Assembly (NCBI GenBank): GCA_964569655.1
Contig: CAZMTN010000001.1
Coordinates: forward strand, 220-64,219
Reading direction: 5' to 3'
Source: an uncultured Candidatus Saccharibacteria bacterium
Lineage (GTDB): Bacteria; Patescibacteriota; Minisyncoccia; Phycocordibacterales; Phycocordibacteraceae
DNA: 64,000 bases
Part shown: positions 1 through 9,771 of the stretch, in pieces
Numbering within the stretch: the stretch's first letter is position 1
Layout: the number at the start of each line of letters is the position of its first letter
Notes under the pieces: generated by a model
Seen by the model: only the letters and a program-made list of their open reading frames with translations
What the model was told of the DNA's origin: nothing
Databases searched by the model: none
Program-made: the position numbers and the translations under genes

Positions 1-79
1 GCCGCCTGCGCTCTATCATTTCTTCATCGTCCTGCCGGACCATCTGTATCCGTTCCGCTCCGAGATACAAGGAAAATGG

Positions 80-409
80 GTGCGCGGCATCCGCTCCTAT
101 AACCGCGCCGTCGCGCAGGCAGAGCGCCGCCTCGGCCGCGGGCACTTCGGCGTTTGGATCAACTGCTACCGCAGCTTCTTCCACGTGCTCGGCGCGGTTG
201 CGATCATCGCGCTCAGCGCCTACATCGCGAACGACCTCTTCGGCAGCAAGCAGGCCATCTACACCATGCTCGCCGCGGCGACGTTCCTCATCTCGCTCCA
301 GGAGTTCTATTATCATCGCCGGCAGTACGAGCAGGTGTTCAGGAAGAGTTTGGTGGATTGGCTCTCCTGGGTGGTGCCGATCGGGGTATACCTCTTCCTT
401 TTCGTATGA
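80..409 (+). CDS. hypothetical membrane protein
   Basis: 109-aa ORF with two hydrophobic segments; GTG start; 4-nt overlap with next gene. Confidence 0.4.
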   Translation: MRGIRSYNRAVAQAERRLGRGHFGVWINCYRSFFHVLGAVAIIALSAYIANDLFGSKQAIYTMLAAATFLISLQEFYYHRRQYEQVFRKSLVDWLSWVVPIGVYLFLFV

Positions 410-756
410 AGAAGCACCGCATCTATTCCATGAGCGTCGCGAGTGTCTATCCCATGTATGTCGCGAAGGCAAAGAAGAAGGGGCGCACGAAGGAGGAAGT
501 GGACACGGTAATCCGTTGGCTGACCGGATATACCCAGAAAGGACTCGAATCCCGCCTCAGGAAGAAGACGGACTTCGAGACCTTCTTCAAGGAGGCAAAG
601 CTGAATCCTGCGCGCAAGCAGATCAAAGGAGTCGTCTGCGGCGTGCGCGTGGAAGACGTGAAGGAGCCGATTATGCGGGAGATCCGTTACCTGGATAAGC
701 TCGTCGACGAGATGGCGAAAGGGAAGACGATGGAGAAAATCCTGCGGAAGGAATAA
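406..756 (+). CDS. DUF2200-like small protein
   Basis: ATG at 406 ([33 protein letters not shown]...WLTGY) resembles DUF2200 family N-terminus; rest of track ORF 154..756 upstream is GC-frame artefact. Confidence 0.5.
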   Translation: MKKHRIYSMSVASVYPMYVAKAKKKGRTKEEVDTVIRWLTGYTQKGLESRLRKKTDFETFFKEAKLNPARKQIKGVVCGVRVEDVKEPIMREIRYLDKLVDEMAKGKTMEKILRKE

Positions 757-796
757 GCAGAATGCCCGTCCAGAAGACGAGCATTCCATATCTGTG

Positions 797-883
797 CGGA
801 AGGGGAGGGATTCGAACCCTCGAAGGAAGTTACTCCTTACCTCGTTAGCAGTGAGGCGCTTTCGACCACTCAGCCACCCCTCC
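797..883 (-). tRNA. tRNA-Ser(GCT)
   Basis: revcomp folds as type-II tRNA: acceptor GGAGGGG/CCCTTCC (G4-U wobble), T-arm GAGGG-TTCGAAT-CCCTC, long variable arm, anticodon loop CTGCTAA. Confidence 0.8.
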
Positions 884-931
884 GTATCCCGCTACGCTAC
901 CACGCCGGACGCGCATGCAAAAGTTCTGCGC

Positions 932-1525
932 TCAGCTCGCGAGCGCGAGCGCCCGGATGCGCGTCGCGCCGGCCGTCTCGAGCGCCTTCACGGCCTCCCG
1001 CATGGTGCTCCCGGTGGTGAGGACGTCGTCCAATACTATATATAGGAGGGACGGATCGGCTCCTTCCGCGCGGAACGCGCCCCGCACGTTCGCGAGGCGC
1101 TCCTCCCGGCTCAATCGCGCCTGATGTTCGGTATCCCGGATGCGGGTGAGTACTGACGTATCCATGGTCGCGCCGGCGAGCTGTGCGATGAGCTCGCATT
1201 GATTGAAGCCGCGTTCCCTGAGGCGCTCCCGCGAGAGCGGAAGCGGGAGCAATACGTACGCCCCGCCGATGGTTTCAAGGTATGAGGCGAGCGAATCAGC
1301 CAGGAGCCGCTGCGCTTTCTGATTATCCTTGTATTTCGCCTCGTGTATCGCCGCGCGGACCACCGGCATCCTGAACGGGAGCAGGGAGACCACGTTGTAT
1401 TCGCTTATCGGCCGTATCGGCGGCAAGGCCTCGCACGCGCGCACGAGCATCTCGTCCGCCCTTGGCGGGAAGAGGAAATCCAGAACCGCGGAGAACAGCC
1501 GGCGCATCCATCGTAGTATACTCAT
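932..1525 (-). CDS. comFC: ComF family protein (phosphoribosyltransferase-type competence protein)
   Basis: C-terminal PRTase motif YVLLPLPLSRERLRERGFNQ...IVLDDVLTTGSTMREA; start uncertain (1507/1525/1591 candidates). Confidence 0.65.
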   Translation of the reverse strand: MSILRWMRRLFSAVLDFLFPPRADEMLVRACEALPPIRPISEYNVVSLLPFRMPVVRAAIHEAKYKDNQKAQRLLADSLASYLETIGGAYVLLPLPLSRERLRERGFNQCELIAQLAGATMDTSVLTRIRDTEHQARLSREERLANVRGAFRAEGADPSLLYIVLDDVLTTGSTMREAVKALETAGATRIRALALAS

Positions 1526-1529
1526 CGAT

Positions 1530-2615
1530 ATGAAGTTCCTGTCCGATCTGTTCGGGAAAAAGAAAGCGACGAGCGTGCTTGGCGTCGACATCGGCTCGTC
1601 CTCTCTCAAGATCGTGCAGCTCCGCAAAGAGAACGGCCGCGCCATCCTCGAGACGTACGGGGAGCTCGCGCTCGGACCTTATGCTGGCGTCGCGGTGGGG
1701 CAGGCGACCAATCTCCAGGCGGAGAAGGTGTCCGAGACGCTCGCGGACCTCATGCGCGAGGCGAACGTCACCACGCAGAACGCGGGCGTCTCCATCCCGT
1801 TCTCCCGCTCGCTGCTTACGCTCGTCGAGCTGCCGCGCCGCGACAATCCCGCAGAGCAGAAGACCGTCATCGAGTTCGAAGCGCGCAAATACATCCCGAT
1901 TCCCATAACCGAAGTGCAGCTCGATTACTTCATCGTGCCGACCGCGACGCCTGACGGGAGCCCGCTGCCGTCCAAGGTCGACGTGCTGCTGGTCGCCGTG
2001 CAAAACGACGAGCTCACCCGGCTCCAGGAGATCGTGACCCGCACCGCGCTCGCGGCATCCTTCTTCGAGATCGAGATCTTCAGCACCATCCGCTCGGTGG
2101 TGGACGAGCCCGTGAAGCCGGTCATGGTGCTCGACATCGGCGCGTCTGCCACCAAGGCCTACGTCGTCGAGCATGGCGTGGTCGCGCTCTCGCACTCTAT
2201 CCCGCAGGGCGGGCAGGACGTGACGCGCACCATCGCGGGCTCGCAGAACGTGCCTATCGACAAGGCGGAGAACATGAAGAAGAGCCAGGGGTTCGGCCCC
2301 AATACGAACGGCGGCTACGATCCGAAGACCATCGAGCTCGTATTCTCGCGCATTCTGGACGAGGCGCGTCGCGTCCTCATCCAGTTCGAGACCGCTAATA
2401 GCAAGTCCGTCTCGTCCATCATCCTCACTGGTGGCGGCGGCGTCACCAAGGAGCTCGCAGCCTACGCGAAAAACTTCTTCTCGGTGGACGTGAAGCTCGC
2501 GGATCCGTTCGGCAAGACCGATGCGCCGGCGTTCATGCGCCCGGTGCTCGAGGATATCGGCCCCGAGTTCGCGGTGGCGGTCGGGCTCGCGCTTCGCAAG
2601 CTCGAAGAATCGTAG
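1530..2615 (+). CDS. pilM: type IV pilus assembly protein PilM (actin-like ATPase fold)
   Basis: MKFLSDLFGKKKATSVLGVDIGSSSLKIVQL... typical PilM N-terminus; track ORF 1329 has spurious N-extension; TATACT 7 nt upstream of ATG 1530. Confidence 0.85.
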   Translation: MKFLSDLFGKKKATSVLGVDIGSSSLKIVQLRKENGRAILETYGELALGPYAGVAVGQATNLQAEKVSETLADLMREANVTTQNAGVSIPFSRSLLTLVELPRRDNPAEQKTVIEFEARKYIPIPITEVQLDYFIVPTATPDGSPLPSKVDVLLVAVQNDELTRLQEIVTRTALAASFFEIEIFSTIRSVVDEPVKPVMVLDIGASATKAYVVEHGVVALSHSIPQGGQDVTRTIAGSQNVPIDKAENMKKSQGFGPNTNGGYDPKTIELVFSRILDEARRVLIQFETANSKSVSSIILTGGGGVTKELAAYAKNFFSVDVKLADPFGKTDAPAFMRPVLEDIGPEFAVAVGLALRKLEES

Positions 2616-2667
2616 CAGCTGTGCATAAGGCAGGGACGCGTACGCATCGCTCCCGTATACTGACATC

Positions 2668-3327
2668 GTGGCTATCCCTCCGACCATCCCGACTTCCTTC
2701 GTCCCGAAGCAGCCGGTCGAAATGCATCCGCGGCACACCGAGAGCGCGGGAAATATGTTCATGTTCCTCGCTACCGGAGCGCTCGTCGTCTCCGTCGTCC
2801 TTGCTATCGGCGTCTTCGCGTACTCCCATTTCCTTGCGAGCGAGGGCGAATCGAAGGCGCTCGAGCTGCAGCAGGCCCAGGCAGGAGTCTCCGAGGAGAC
2901 CGTGGAAGGATTCATCCGGCTCCGTAACCGCCTCACGTCTTCCGGCATGATCCTCAACGATCACGTGATGCTCTCGCAGTTCTTCGATGTCCTCGAGATG
3001 ATCACGCTCGAAGGCGTCCGCTTCAGCTCGCTCAGCGTGCAGGTCCTCGATGATCGCAGCGCGGAGATCGAGCTCACCGGTACGGCGCGCACCTTCAACG
3101 CGCTCGCCGGGCAGTCCGCAGCATTCGCTGCGGAGAAGCGGATCAGGCAGGCCATCTTCTCGGACATCACCGCGGATAACACCGGGGCAGTCTCGTTCTC
3201 GGTGACGGCGGTGCTGAATCCCGACTTCGTACGCATGCCGGCAGGCGTGCCCGCGAGCTGGGCGCCGGCGCCGATCGAGACGCCTGCTGAGGCCGTATCG
3301 ACGACCACTGCTACCACCACCATATGA
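2668..3327 (+). CDS. PilN-like bitopic membrane protein (by position and topology only)
   Basis: GTG start, single TM (FMFLATGALVVSVVLAIGVFAY), follows pilM; no diagnostic motif. Confidence 0.5.
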   Translation: MAIPPTIPTSFVPKQPVEMHPRHTESAGNMFMFLATGALVVSVVLAIGVFAYSHFLASEGESKALELQQAQAGVSEETVEGFIRLRNRLTSSGMILNDHVMLSQFFDVLEMITLEGVRFSSLSVQVLDDRSAEIELTGTARTFNALAGQSAAFAAEKRIRQAIFSDITADNTGAVSFSVTAVLNPDFVRMPAGVPASWAPAPIETPAEAVSTTTATTTI

Positions 3328-3872
3328 ACCGGCTCCTTCCCATCGCTTTCGTACTGATCGCCCTCGGCATCTTCTTCGGCTATGTCCGCCCGACATGGAT
3401 CGGGGAGGTCGCCGACACCCGTCGCGAGATAGAGAGCTATGACGCCGCGCTCGAGGCGGCCGCGCGCTTCATCGACAAACAGGCCGCGCTCGAGGCGGCC
3501 CGCAACCAGCTCCCGCCGGATCAGATCGCGCGCGCGAACGCGTTCCTGCCTGATAGCGTCGACAACGTGCAGCTCATCCTCGACCTCAACTCGCTCGCGA
3601 CGCGTGCAGGCCTCACGCTCTCCGACTTCGAGACCGGTGCCGTCGACGATACGGAGCAGATCGGCGGGGAAGGCGGGTTCGAGCGTCCCTCGATCTCCGA
3701 CTCGCTCACGCTGTCCGTGAGCGCGACGGGAACCTATAACGCGTTCCGCTCGTTCATCGCAGGCGTCGAGCAGAGCCTGCGCCCGCTCGATATCATCGCG
3801 CTCACGGTGAGCGATTCCGACACGGGCGTGTACACCTACCAGATGACGCTCGAGTTTTACTGGCTCCACTAA
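3324..3872 (+). CDS. PilO-like bitopic membrane protein (by position and topology only)
   Basis: 4-nt overlap with upstream gene; N-terminal TM LLPIAFVLIALGIFFGY then coiled-coil-like region. Confidence 0.45.
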   Translation: MNRLLPIAFVLIALGIFFGYVRPTWIGEVADTRREIESYDAALEAAARFIDKQAALEAARNQLPPDQIARANAFLPDSVDNVQLILDLNSLATRAGLTLSDFETGAVDDTEQIGGEGGFERPSISDSLTLSVSATGTYNAFRSFIAGVEQSLRPLDIIALTVSDSDTGVYTYQMTLEFYWLH

Positions 3873-3881
3873 TCTTTTCGT

Positions 3882-4172
3882 ATGTCCGGAAAAAACAACC
3901 AAACCCTCCTCATCGGCCTCGGCGCCCTTGTGCTCGTCGCGGTGGCGTACCTGACCTTCTTCAACAAGCCGGACGATACGGCCGATATCGAGTCGCAGCC
4001 GGTCGCGGATTCGAGCGCCGAGCTCTATTTCGTGAATCTCGCGGGCACGCTCGATCCGATCGCGTTCGATACGCAAGTGCTTTCCGATCCGCGCTTCACC
4101 GCGCTCATCGACATCAGCACCGCCATCGTGCCTGAGAATCGAGGACGCACCGACCCGTTCGCGCCGATCTAG
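3882..4172 (+). CDS. small membrane-anchored protein (possible PilP-like)
   Basis: 96 aa, N-terminal TM, located between pilO-like gene and pilB. Confidence 0.35.
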   Translation: MSGKNNQTLLIGLGALVLVAVAYLTFFNKPDDTADIESQPVADSSAELYFVNLAGTLDPIAFDTQVLSDPRFTALIDISTAIVPENRGRTDPFAPI

Positions 4173-4247
4173 CGCTCATATATCCACCGTCGTCTTTCAA
4201 ACCGCGCCTCCGCTCGGGTATGATGTACGTACGATCTTTATACGCCC

Positions 4248-6005
4248 ATGACGATACTCGAATCACTGGTCTCTAAGGGCGAACTCACGGAAGCGGATGC
4301 TTCCGCGATACAGAAGGAGGCGCAATCCTCTGGGAAGTCGCTCGTATCCCTGCTCGAGAAGCGCGGCATCACGAGCGATTCCATCATGGCCGCCAAGAGC
4401 GAGCAGTACGGGATCCCGGTCCGCGACCTGCCGGACGATACGCCGGTTGAGGAATCGGCCATCGCGTACATCCCCGAGGACTCCGCCCGTTTCTATAGGT
4501 TCGCGCCGATCGCAGTGGAGGATGGCGCGCTCGCGGTGGGTATCGTGGACCCCGACAATATGGAGGCGCAGGACGCGCTCCAGTTCATCTCGTCGAAGGC
4601 CGGTCTCCCGTACAAGCTCTACCTCATCTCGGAAGGGGACTTCGCCCGCGTGCTCGAGGAATACCAGAACCTGGCCGGCCAGGTGAGCGAAGCGCTTTCC
4701 GAATACGAAGGCTCCATGACCGCGGAGGAGGCAGAGCTCAACAAGAAGCGCAACCCGAACGAGAAGCAGACGCCGCAAGCGGATATCAAGGCGGACGCGC
4801 CGGTGACGAAGATCGTCGCGACGATATTGCGCTATGCGGTGGAGGGCGGCGCATCCGACATCCACATCGAGCCGACGCCTGAGAAGACGCGCGTGCGCTT
4901 CCGCATGGACGGCGACCTCCATACGTCGCTCGAGCTCCCGAACAAGGTGCACCAGGCGGCGGTCGCGCGCATCAAGATCCTCTCGCAGATGCGCCTCGAC
5001 GAGAAGCGGAAGCCGCAGGACGGCCGTTTCTCCGCGACGGTGGAAGGCCGCCGCATCGACTTCCGCGTGTCGACCTTCCCGACGGAGTTCGGCGAGAAAG
5101 TGGTGATGCGCATCCTCGACCGCGCGAAGAACGCGGTCACGCTCGAGTCGATCGGGCTGTCGGCGGAGGATCTCGCGCAAGTGCGCGAGCTCATGCAGAC
5201 GCCGTACGGCATCGTGCTCATCTCAGGACCGACCGGCTCCGGTAAGTCGACGACGCTCTTCGGCATGCTCTCCGAGATGGACCGCGAGACGGCGAACGTA
5301 GTCTCTATCGAGGATCCGGTCGAGTACGAGGTGCCGGGCGTCGCGCAGTCGCAGGTACGCCCGGAGATCGGGTACACCTTCGCGTCCGGCCTCCGCTCAA
5401 TACTGCGCCAGGACCCGGACGTGATCATGGTGGGAGAGATCCGCGACAAGGAGACGGCGCAGCTCGCCATACAGGCAGCCCTCACCGGCCACCTGGTGCT
5501 CTCCACTATCCATACGAATTCAGCTATCGGCGCCATCCCGCGCCTCGTCGACATGGGCGTGGACCCATACCTCATCGCTCCGACCCTCATCGCGGTGGTT
5601 GGGCAGCGCCTCGTGCGCCGCATGTGCCCGGGAGCCGGGAAGGCGTCTCCGGTCTCCGAAAGCATCCGGGGCATCCTCGACAAGCAGTTCGCGGACCTGC
5701 CGGCTGAATTCAAGAGCCGGATCCCGGAATTCAAGCAGGTGTATGAGGCCGTACCTACGCCGGATTGCCCGAACGGCACCCGCGGCCGCCTGGGCGTATT
5801 CGAGATACTCCGGATGAACAAGGAGCTCGAGCACATCGTGCTCACGAACCCGGTGGAGGAGGCGCTCTACGCAGAAGCGCGCAAGCAGGGCATGCTCACC
5901 ATGCGCGAGGACGCCATCGTGAAGGCGCTGAAGGGCGATATCCCGTTCTCCGAGGTGAACGCGCTCGGTGGAGAACTGTTTGCGGAAGAGGAGGAAGCGC
6001 CGTAG
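4248..6005 (+). CDS. pilB: type IV pilus assembly ATPase PilB/GspE family
   Basis: N-terminal T2SE_N-like domain; Walker A GPTGSGKSTT; Asp/His boxes; tetracysteine CPGAG...CPNG region. Confidence 0.9.
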   Translation: MTILESLVSKGELTEADASAIQKEAQSSGKSLVSLLEKRGITSDSIMAAKSEQYGIPVRDLPDDTPVEESAIAYIPEDSARFYRFAPIAVEDGALAVGIVDPDNMEAQDALQFISSKAGLPYKLYLISEGDFARVLEEYQNLAGQVSEALSEYEGSMTAEEAELNKKRNPNEKQTPQADIKADAPVTKIVATILRYAVEGGASDIHIEPTPEKTRVRFRMDGDLHTSLELPNKVHQAAVARIKILSQMRLDEKRKPQDGRFSATVEGRRIDFRVSTFPTEFGEKVVMRILDRAKNAVTLESIGLSAEDLAQVRELMQTPYGIVLISGPTGSGKSTTLFGMLSEMDRETANVVSIEDPVEYEVPGVAQSQVRPEIGYTFASGLRSILRQDPDVIMVGEIRDKETAQLAIQAALTGHLVLSTIHTNSAIGAIPRLVDMGVDPYLIAPTLIAVVGQRLVRRMCPGAGKASPVSESIRGILDKQFADLPAEFKSRIPEFKQVYEAVPTPDCPNGTRGRLGVFEILRMNKELEHIVLTNPVEEALYAEARKQGMLTMREDAIVKALKGDIPFSEVNALGGELFAEEEEAP

Positions 6006-6014
6006 CATAAGGCT

Positions 6015-6398
6015 ATGGCCTATAAGATCTATCTCGTAGACGACGATCGCTTCCTCCTCGACATGTACGCCGTGAAGTTCAAGGCAGCGGGCCATGACGT
6101 GATCGCTAACCAGGGAGGGGAGGAGCTCCTGAAGACGCTCAAGGAGAAGGGCGCGCCGGATGCGGTGCTGCTCGACATCATCATGCCGGGCATGAACGGG
6201 TTCGAAGTGCTCGAGAAGGTCCGCAAGGAGAACTTGCTGCCGCCGACGACGAAGGTCATCATCCTCTCGAATCAGGGGCAGGACGCCGATATCGCGAAGG
6301 CGAAGGAGCTCGGCGCCGCCGGCTATATCGTGAAGGCCTCCGCCATCCCGTCCGAAGTGCTGACCGAGACTATCAGCCTCATCGAGAAGAAAGCATGA
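6015..6398 (+). CDS. single-domain response regulator (CheY-like receiver)
   Basis: YLVDDD...LLDIIMPGMNGFEVL...KVIILSNQG...GAAGYIVKA receiver signature; no output domain. Confidence 0.8.
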   Translation: MAYKIYLVDDDRFLLDMYAVKFKAAGHDVIANQGGEELLKTLKEKGAPDAVLLDIIMPGMNGFEVLEKVRKENLLPPTTKVIILSNQGQDADIAKAKELGAAGYIVKASAIPSEVLTETISLIEKKA

Positions 6399-7453
6399 GC
6401 GCGACCCGGATCGGCACCCTCCTCGACACGGTCGTCGCGGAAGGCGGCTCCGACCTCCACCTCTCGCCTGGGATGCACCCGGTGCTGCGCGTCTCAGGCG
6501 CGCTCGTGCCGCTACTCCAGCAGCCGGTGCTCACGCCCGAGGAGACCGACGCCATCCTCAGGGAGATCGCGCCGCAGAAGCGCTGGCACATCTTCGAGGA
6601 GAAACAGAGCCTCGACTTCGCGCACGCGCACGCCGACGGCTCGCGCTTCCGCGTGAACGGCTACATGGTGCAGGGCCGCGTCGCGATCGCGATGCGCCTC
6701 ATCCCGCGTGACGTCCGCACGTTCAATGAACTGAACCTCCCGCCGATCCTCGAGGTGTTCTCGCAGCGTCAGCAGGGATTCTTCCTCGTCGTGGGTCCCG
6801 TCGGGCAGGGCAAGTCGACGACCTTGGCGGCGATCATCGACCGCATCAACTCGACGCGCGCGGAGCATATCGTCACCATCGAGGATCCGGTTGAATACCT
6901 CTTCGAGGAGAAGAAGTCCATGATCCACCAGCGCGAGGTCCATATCGACGCGCCGGATTTCGGCACCGCGCTCCAGGCGGCCTTCCGCGAGGACGTGAAC
7001 GTGCTCATGGTGGGCGAGATGCGCGATCAGGAGACCATCTCGAGCGCCGTTACGGCCGCAGAGACCGGCCACCTCGTGCTTTCTACGCTCCATACCAACA
7101 ATGCGGCCCAGACCATCGACCGCATCATCGACATGTTCCCGCCGAACCAGCAGGCGCAGGTGCGCGTGCAGCTCGCGGGCTCGCTCCTCGGCATCTTCTC
7201 GCAGCGCCTCATTCCGCGCATCGCAGGCGGCCAGATCCCGGCATACGAGCTCCTCATCAACAACAGCGCGATCGCAAACCTCATCCGCGAAGGCCGCACG
7301 CACGAGATCACCACCGTGATCCAGACCAGCTCCCAGGAAGGCATGATCGACATGGACCGCTCCTTGGCCGAGCTCGTGCGCCGCGGGGAAGTGACCATCG
7401 AGCACGCGTACGAGCGCGCGCTCGACCGCAAGACTTTCGAGCGCTACCTCTAG
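6395..7453 (+). CDS. pilT: twitching-motility ATPase PilT
   Basis: Walker A GPVGQGKSTT, AIRNLIREG-like C-terminal motif (AIANLIREG), 352 aa; ATGA overlap with receiver gene. Confidence 0.9.
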   Translation: MSATRIGTLLDTVVAEGGSDLHLSPGMHPVLRVSGALVPLLQQPVLTPEETDAILREIAPQKRWHIFEEKQSLDFAHAHADGSRFRVNGYMVQGRVAIAMRLIPRDVRTFNELNLPPILEVFSQRQQGFFLVVGPVGQGKSTTLAAIIDRINSTRAEHIVTIEDPVEYLFEEKKSMIHQREVHIDAPDFGTALQAAFREDVNVLMVGEMRDQETISSAVTAAETGHLVLSTLHTNNAAQTIDRIIDMFPPNQQAQVRVQLAGSLLGIFSQRLIPRIAGGQIPAYELLINNSAIANLIREGRTHEITTVIQTSSQEGMIDMDRSLAELVRRGEVTIEHAYERALDRKTFERYL

Positions 7454-7456
7454 CTT

Positions 7457-8665
7457 ATGCTGTTCACCTACCGAGCACTGGACGCAGACGGACAGGAACG
7501 CGAAGGCACCGTGGAGGCGCTCTCCATGGACGTCGCGGTGTCGACGCTCCAGCGCCGCAACCTGATCATCTCGAGCATCACGCCGGCGGAGGAGAAGTCG
7601 CTCCTCAAGATGGACCTCCCGTTCTTCAAGAGCGTGTCGAACAAGGATATCGTCATCCTCTCGCGCCAGATCGCGACCCTGTTCGAAGCGCAGGTGTCAG
7701 CGCTGCGCGTCTTCCGCCTGCTTGCGACCGAGGTCGATAACCGCACGCTCGCGGATATCCTGACCCGCGTCGCCGACGACCTCCAAGGGGGCGCGCCGAT
7801 CAGCAAGGCGCTCTCGCGCCATCCGAAGGCTTTCAGTACGTTCTACGTGAATATGGTGCGCTCCGGAGAGGAGTCCGGAAAGCTCTCCGAGACCTTCGGC
7901 TATCTCGCTGACTACCTCGACCGCACGTACGAAGTGATGAGCAAGGCGCAGAACGCGCTCATCTACCCGGCGTTCGTGGTCCTCACCTTCATCGTGGTGA
8001 TGGCGCTCATGATGACGCTCGTCATCCCGAATATCGCGAAGATCATCATCGATTCGGGCCAGGAGGTGCCGATCTACACGCAGATCGTCATCGGGATGTC
8101 GAATTTCCTGCTGCAGTACGGCATCCTGCTGCTTATCGCGCTTGTCGTGGGCGCGTTCTTCGTATGGCGCTCCTACCAGACGCCGAGCGGCCGCCTGATG
8201 CTCGATAACCTCAAGCTCACCGTCCCGTACCTCGGCGACCTCTATCAGAAGCTCTACCTCTCCCGCATCGCGGACAACTTCGCGACCATGCTCGTGTCCG
8301 GCGTGCCGGTGGTGGAGTCGGTGGAGATAACCGCGAGCGTCGTGGGCAGCGCTACCTACGAGCAGGTGCTGCGGAGCGCAAGCGAGGACGTGAAGGGAGG
8401 CCTCTCCATCGCGGAGGCCCTCGGGAAGCACAAGGAGATCCCGGGCATCATGATCGCCATGATCCGCGTCGGCGAGGAGACCGGCGAGCTCGGCAGCATC
8501 CTCACCACGCTCGCGAAGTTCTATCGCCGCGAGGTATCGACCGCGGTCGACACGCTCGTCGACCTCATCGAGCCGCTTATGATCGTATTCCTCGGCCTCG
8601 GCGTGGGAACCCTCCTCGCCTCCGTGCTCATCCCTATCTACAATCTCGCGAACTCGATAGGGTAG
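7457..8665 (+). CDS. pilC: type IV pilus platform protein PilC/GspF
   Basis: 402 aa, two GspF repeats with 3 TM segments. Confidence 0.9.
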   Translation: MLFTYRALDADGQEREGTVEALSMDVAVSTLQRRNLIISSITPAEEKSLLKMDLPFFKSVSNKDIVILSRQIATLFEAQVSALRVFRLLATEVDNRTLADILTRVADDLQGGAPISKALSRHPKAFSTFYVNMVRSGEESGKLSETFGYLADYLDRTYEVMSKAQNALIYPAFVVLTFIVVMALMMTLVIPNIAKIIIDSGQEVPIYTQIVIGMSNFLLQYGILLLIALVVGAFFVWRSYQTPSGRLMLDNLKLTVPYLGDLYQKLYLSRIADNFATMLVSGVPVVESVEITASVVGSATYEQVLRSASEDVKGGLSIAEALGKHKEIPGIMIAMIRVGEETGELGSILTTLAKFYRREVSTAVDTLVDLIEPLMIVFLGLGVGTLLASVLIPIYNLANSIG

Positions 8666-8760
8666 GGGTTATCCACACGCGTTCTTCATAGGGGACCTGC
8701 CTCGCGTACAATACAAGGTAACGGACATTATCCGTGTATAACTTATTTAAATTACGAACT

Positions 8761-9240
8761 ATGAATCTTGTATCTACCGGCACCACGAAAGGTCACGCAA
8801 AGGGTTTCACCCTTATCGAGCTCCTCGTCGTGATCGCCATCATCGGTATCCTTTCGGCAGTGGTGCTTGCTTCGCTTTCCACGGCGCGAAGCAAGGGTCA
8901 GGATGCTCGCGTTCAGGAGCAGCTTTCAGGCGCGCGCTCTGCGGCTGAGATCTACTACAGCACGAACGGAAGCTACGGCGCCAACACGAACGCCTGCGAC
9001 AACATGTTCGCGGACACCTCGTCAGGCCTCAACAACCTCTCGGCGGCTTCTAACTACCCGAACTCGGTCGCTCCGGTCTGCCGCGCAGCAGGCGGAACCG
9101 CTTCAGCTTCAGCAAGCTGGGCTATGAGCCACGTCCTCAGCAACGGTACGAGCTACTTCTGCGTGGACAGCACGGGTGCAGCAACCACCACGGCGGCAAA
9201 CAACATCAGCGCCAACGCGGATACGACCTGCAGCAGCTAA
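8761..9240 (+). CDS. type IV pilin (candidate major pilin)
   Basis: class III signal MNLVSTGTTKGHAKG|FTLIELLVVIAIIGIL with E+5; alternative start 8734. Confidence 0.8.
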   Translation: MNLVSTGTTKGHAKGFTLIELLVVIAIIGILSAVVLASLSTARSKGQDARVQEQLSGARSAAEIYYSTNGSYGANTNACDNMFADTSSGLNNLSAASNYPNSVAPVCRAAGGTASASASWAMSHVLSNGTSYFCVDSTGAATTTAANNISANADTTCSS

Positions 9241-9258
9241 TCAGCGCTTCGTAGGTGC

Positions 9259-9294
9259 GAAGAATCCCCAGCTCTCGCTGGGGATTCTTCTTAT
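9259..9294 (+). terminator. hairpin (terminator/attenuator) after first pilin
   Basis: perfect 12-bp inverted repeat GAAGAATCCCCA...TGGGGATTCTTC with 8-nt loop then TT; next pilin ATG at 9293. Confidence 0.5.
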
Positions 9295-9769
9295 GCGGTA
9301 TACTTCCGAAGTGAACGGCACCACTCCCGCGCGCGGCTTCACCATCATCGAGCTCATGGTCATCACCGCCATCATCGGCATCGTCTCGGCGCTCGCGCTC
9401 GTCTCCTTGTCCGAGTCCCGCAGGCAGGGGAACGACGCCTCTATAAAATCGACGCTCAACGGGCTCGCGTCTCAGGCGGAGATCTATTACGTGAATAACG
9501 GCAGGTACGCGACCACCACCATCAGCAACTCCTGCGCCGGCGGGGTCTTCTCGGATAGCGTCGTCTCGTCGGCGATCTCGAACGCGGATAAGACGAACGG
9601 CGCGGGCCTCATGCGCTGCTACGCGAGCGCCTCCGGGTACGCGGTCCAGTCCGGGCGCCCGAGCGGCGCGGCGACGAGCCATTGGTGCGTCGACTCCTCG
9701 AATAAGCGGTGCGGCATAAACGCGAACATTACCGGCGCGAGCTGCGGCACATGCATAAGCCAGAACTGA
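9293..9769 (+). CDS. type IV pilin
   Basis: MRYTSEVNGTTPARG|FTIIELMVITAIIGIV prepilin leader, E+5. Confidence 0.8.
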   Translation: MRYTSEVNGTTPARGFTIIELMVITAIIGIVSALALVSLSESRRQGNDASIKSTLNGLASQAEIYYVNNGRYATTTISNSCAGGVFSDSVVSSAISNADKTNGAGLMRCYASASGYAVQSGRPSGAATSHWCVDSSNKRCGINANITGASCGTCISQN

Positions 9770-9771
9770 CC

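Noticed and set aside
794-1045. 83-aa + strand ORF
   Set aside because: It overlaps the well-folded tRNA-Ser(GCT) on the opposite strand; composition artefact.
1323-2957. 544-aa antisense ORF (and similar long - strand ORFs at 2533-3396, 2961-4076, 9619-10956, 59543-60250, 60315-62786)
   Set aside because: They lie opposite strongly conserved + strand genes (pilM, pilN/O, pilins/pilD, mltG, typA). They are Arg/Ala/Gly-rich as expected of GC-rich antisense frames and have no recognisable motifs.
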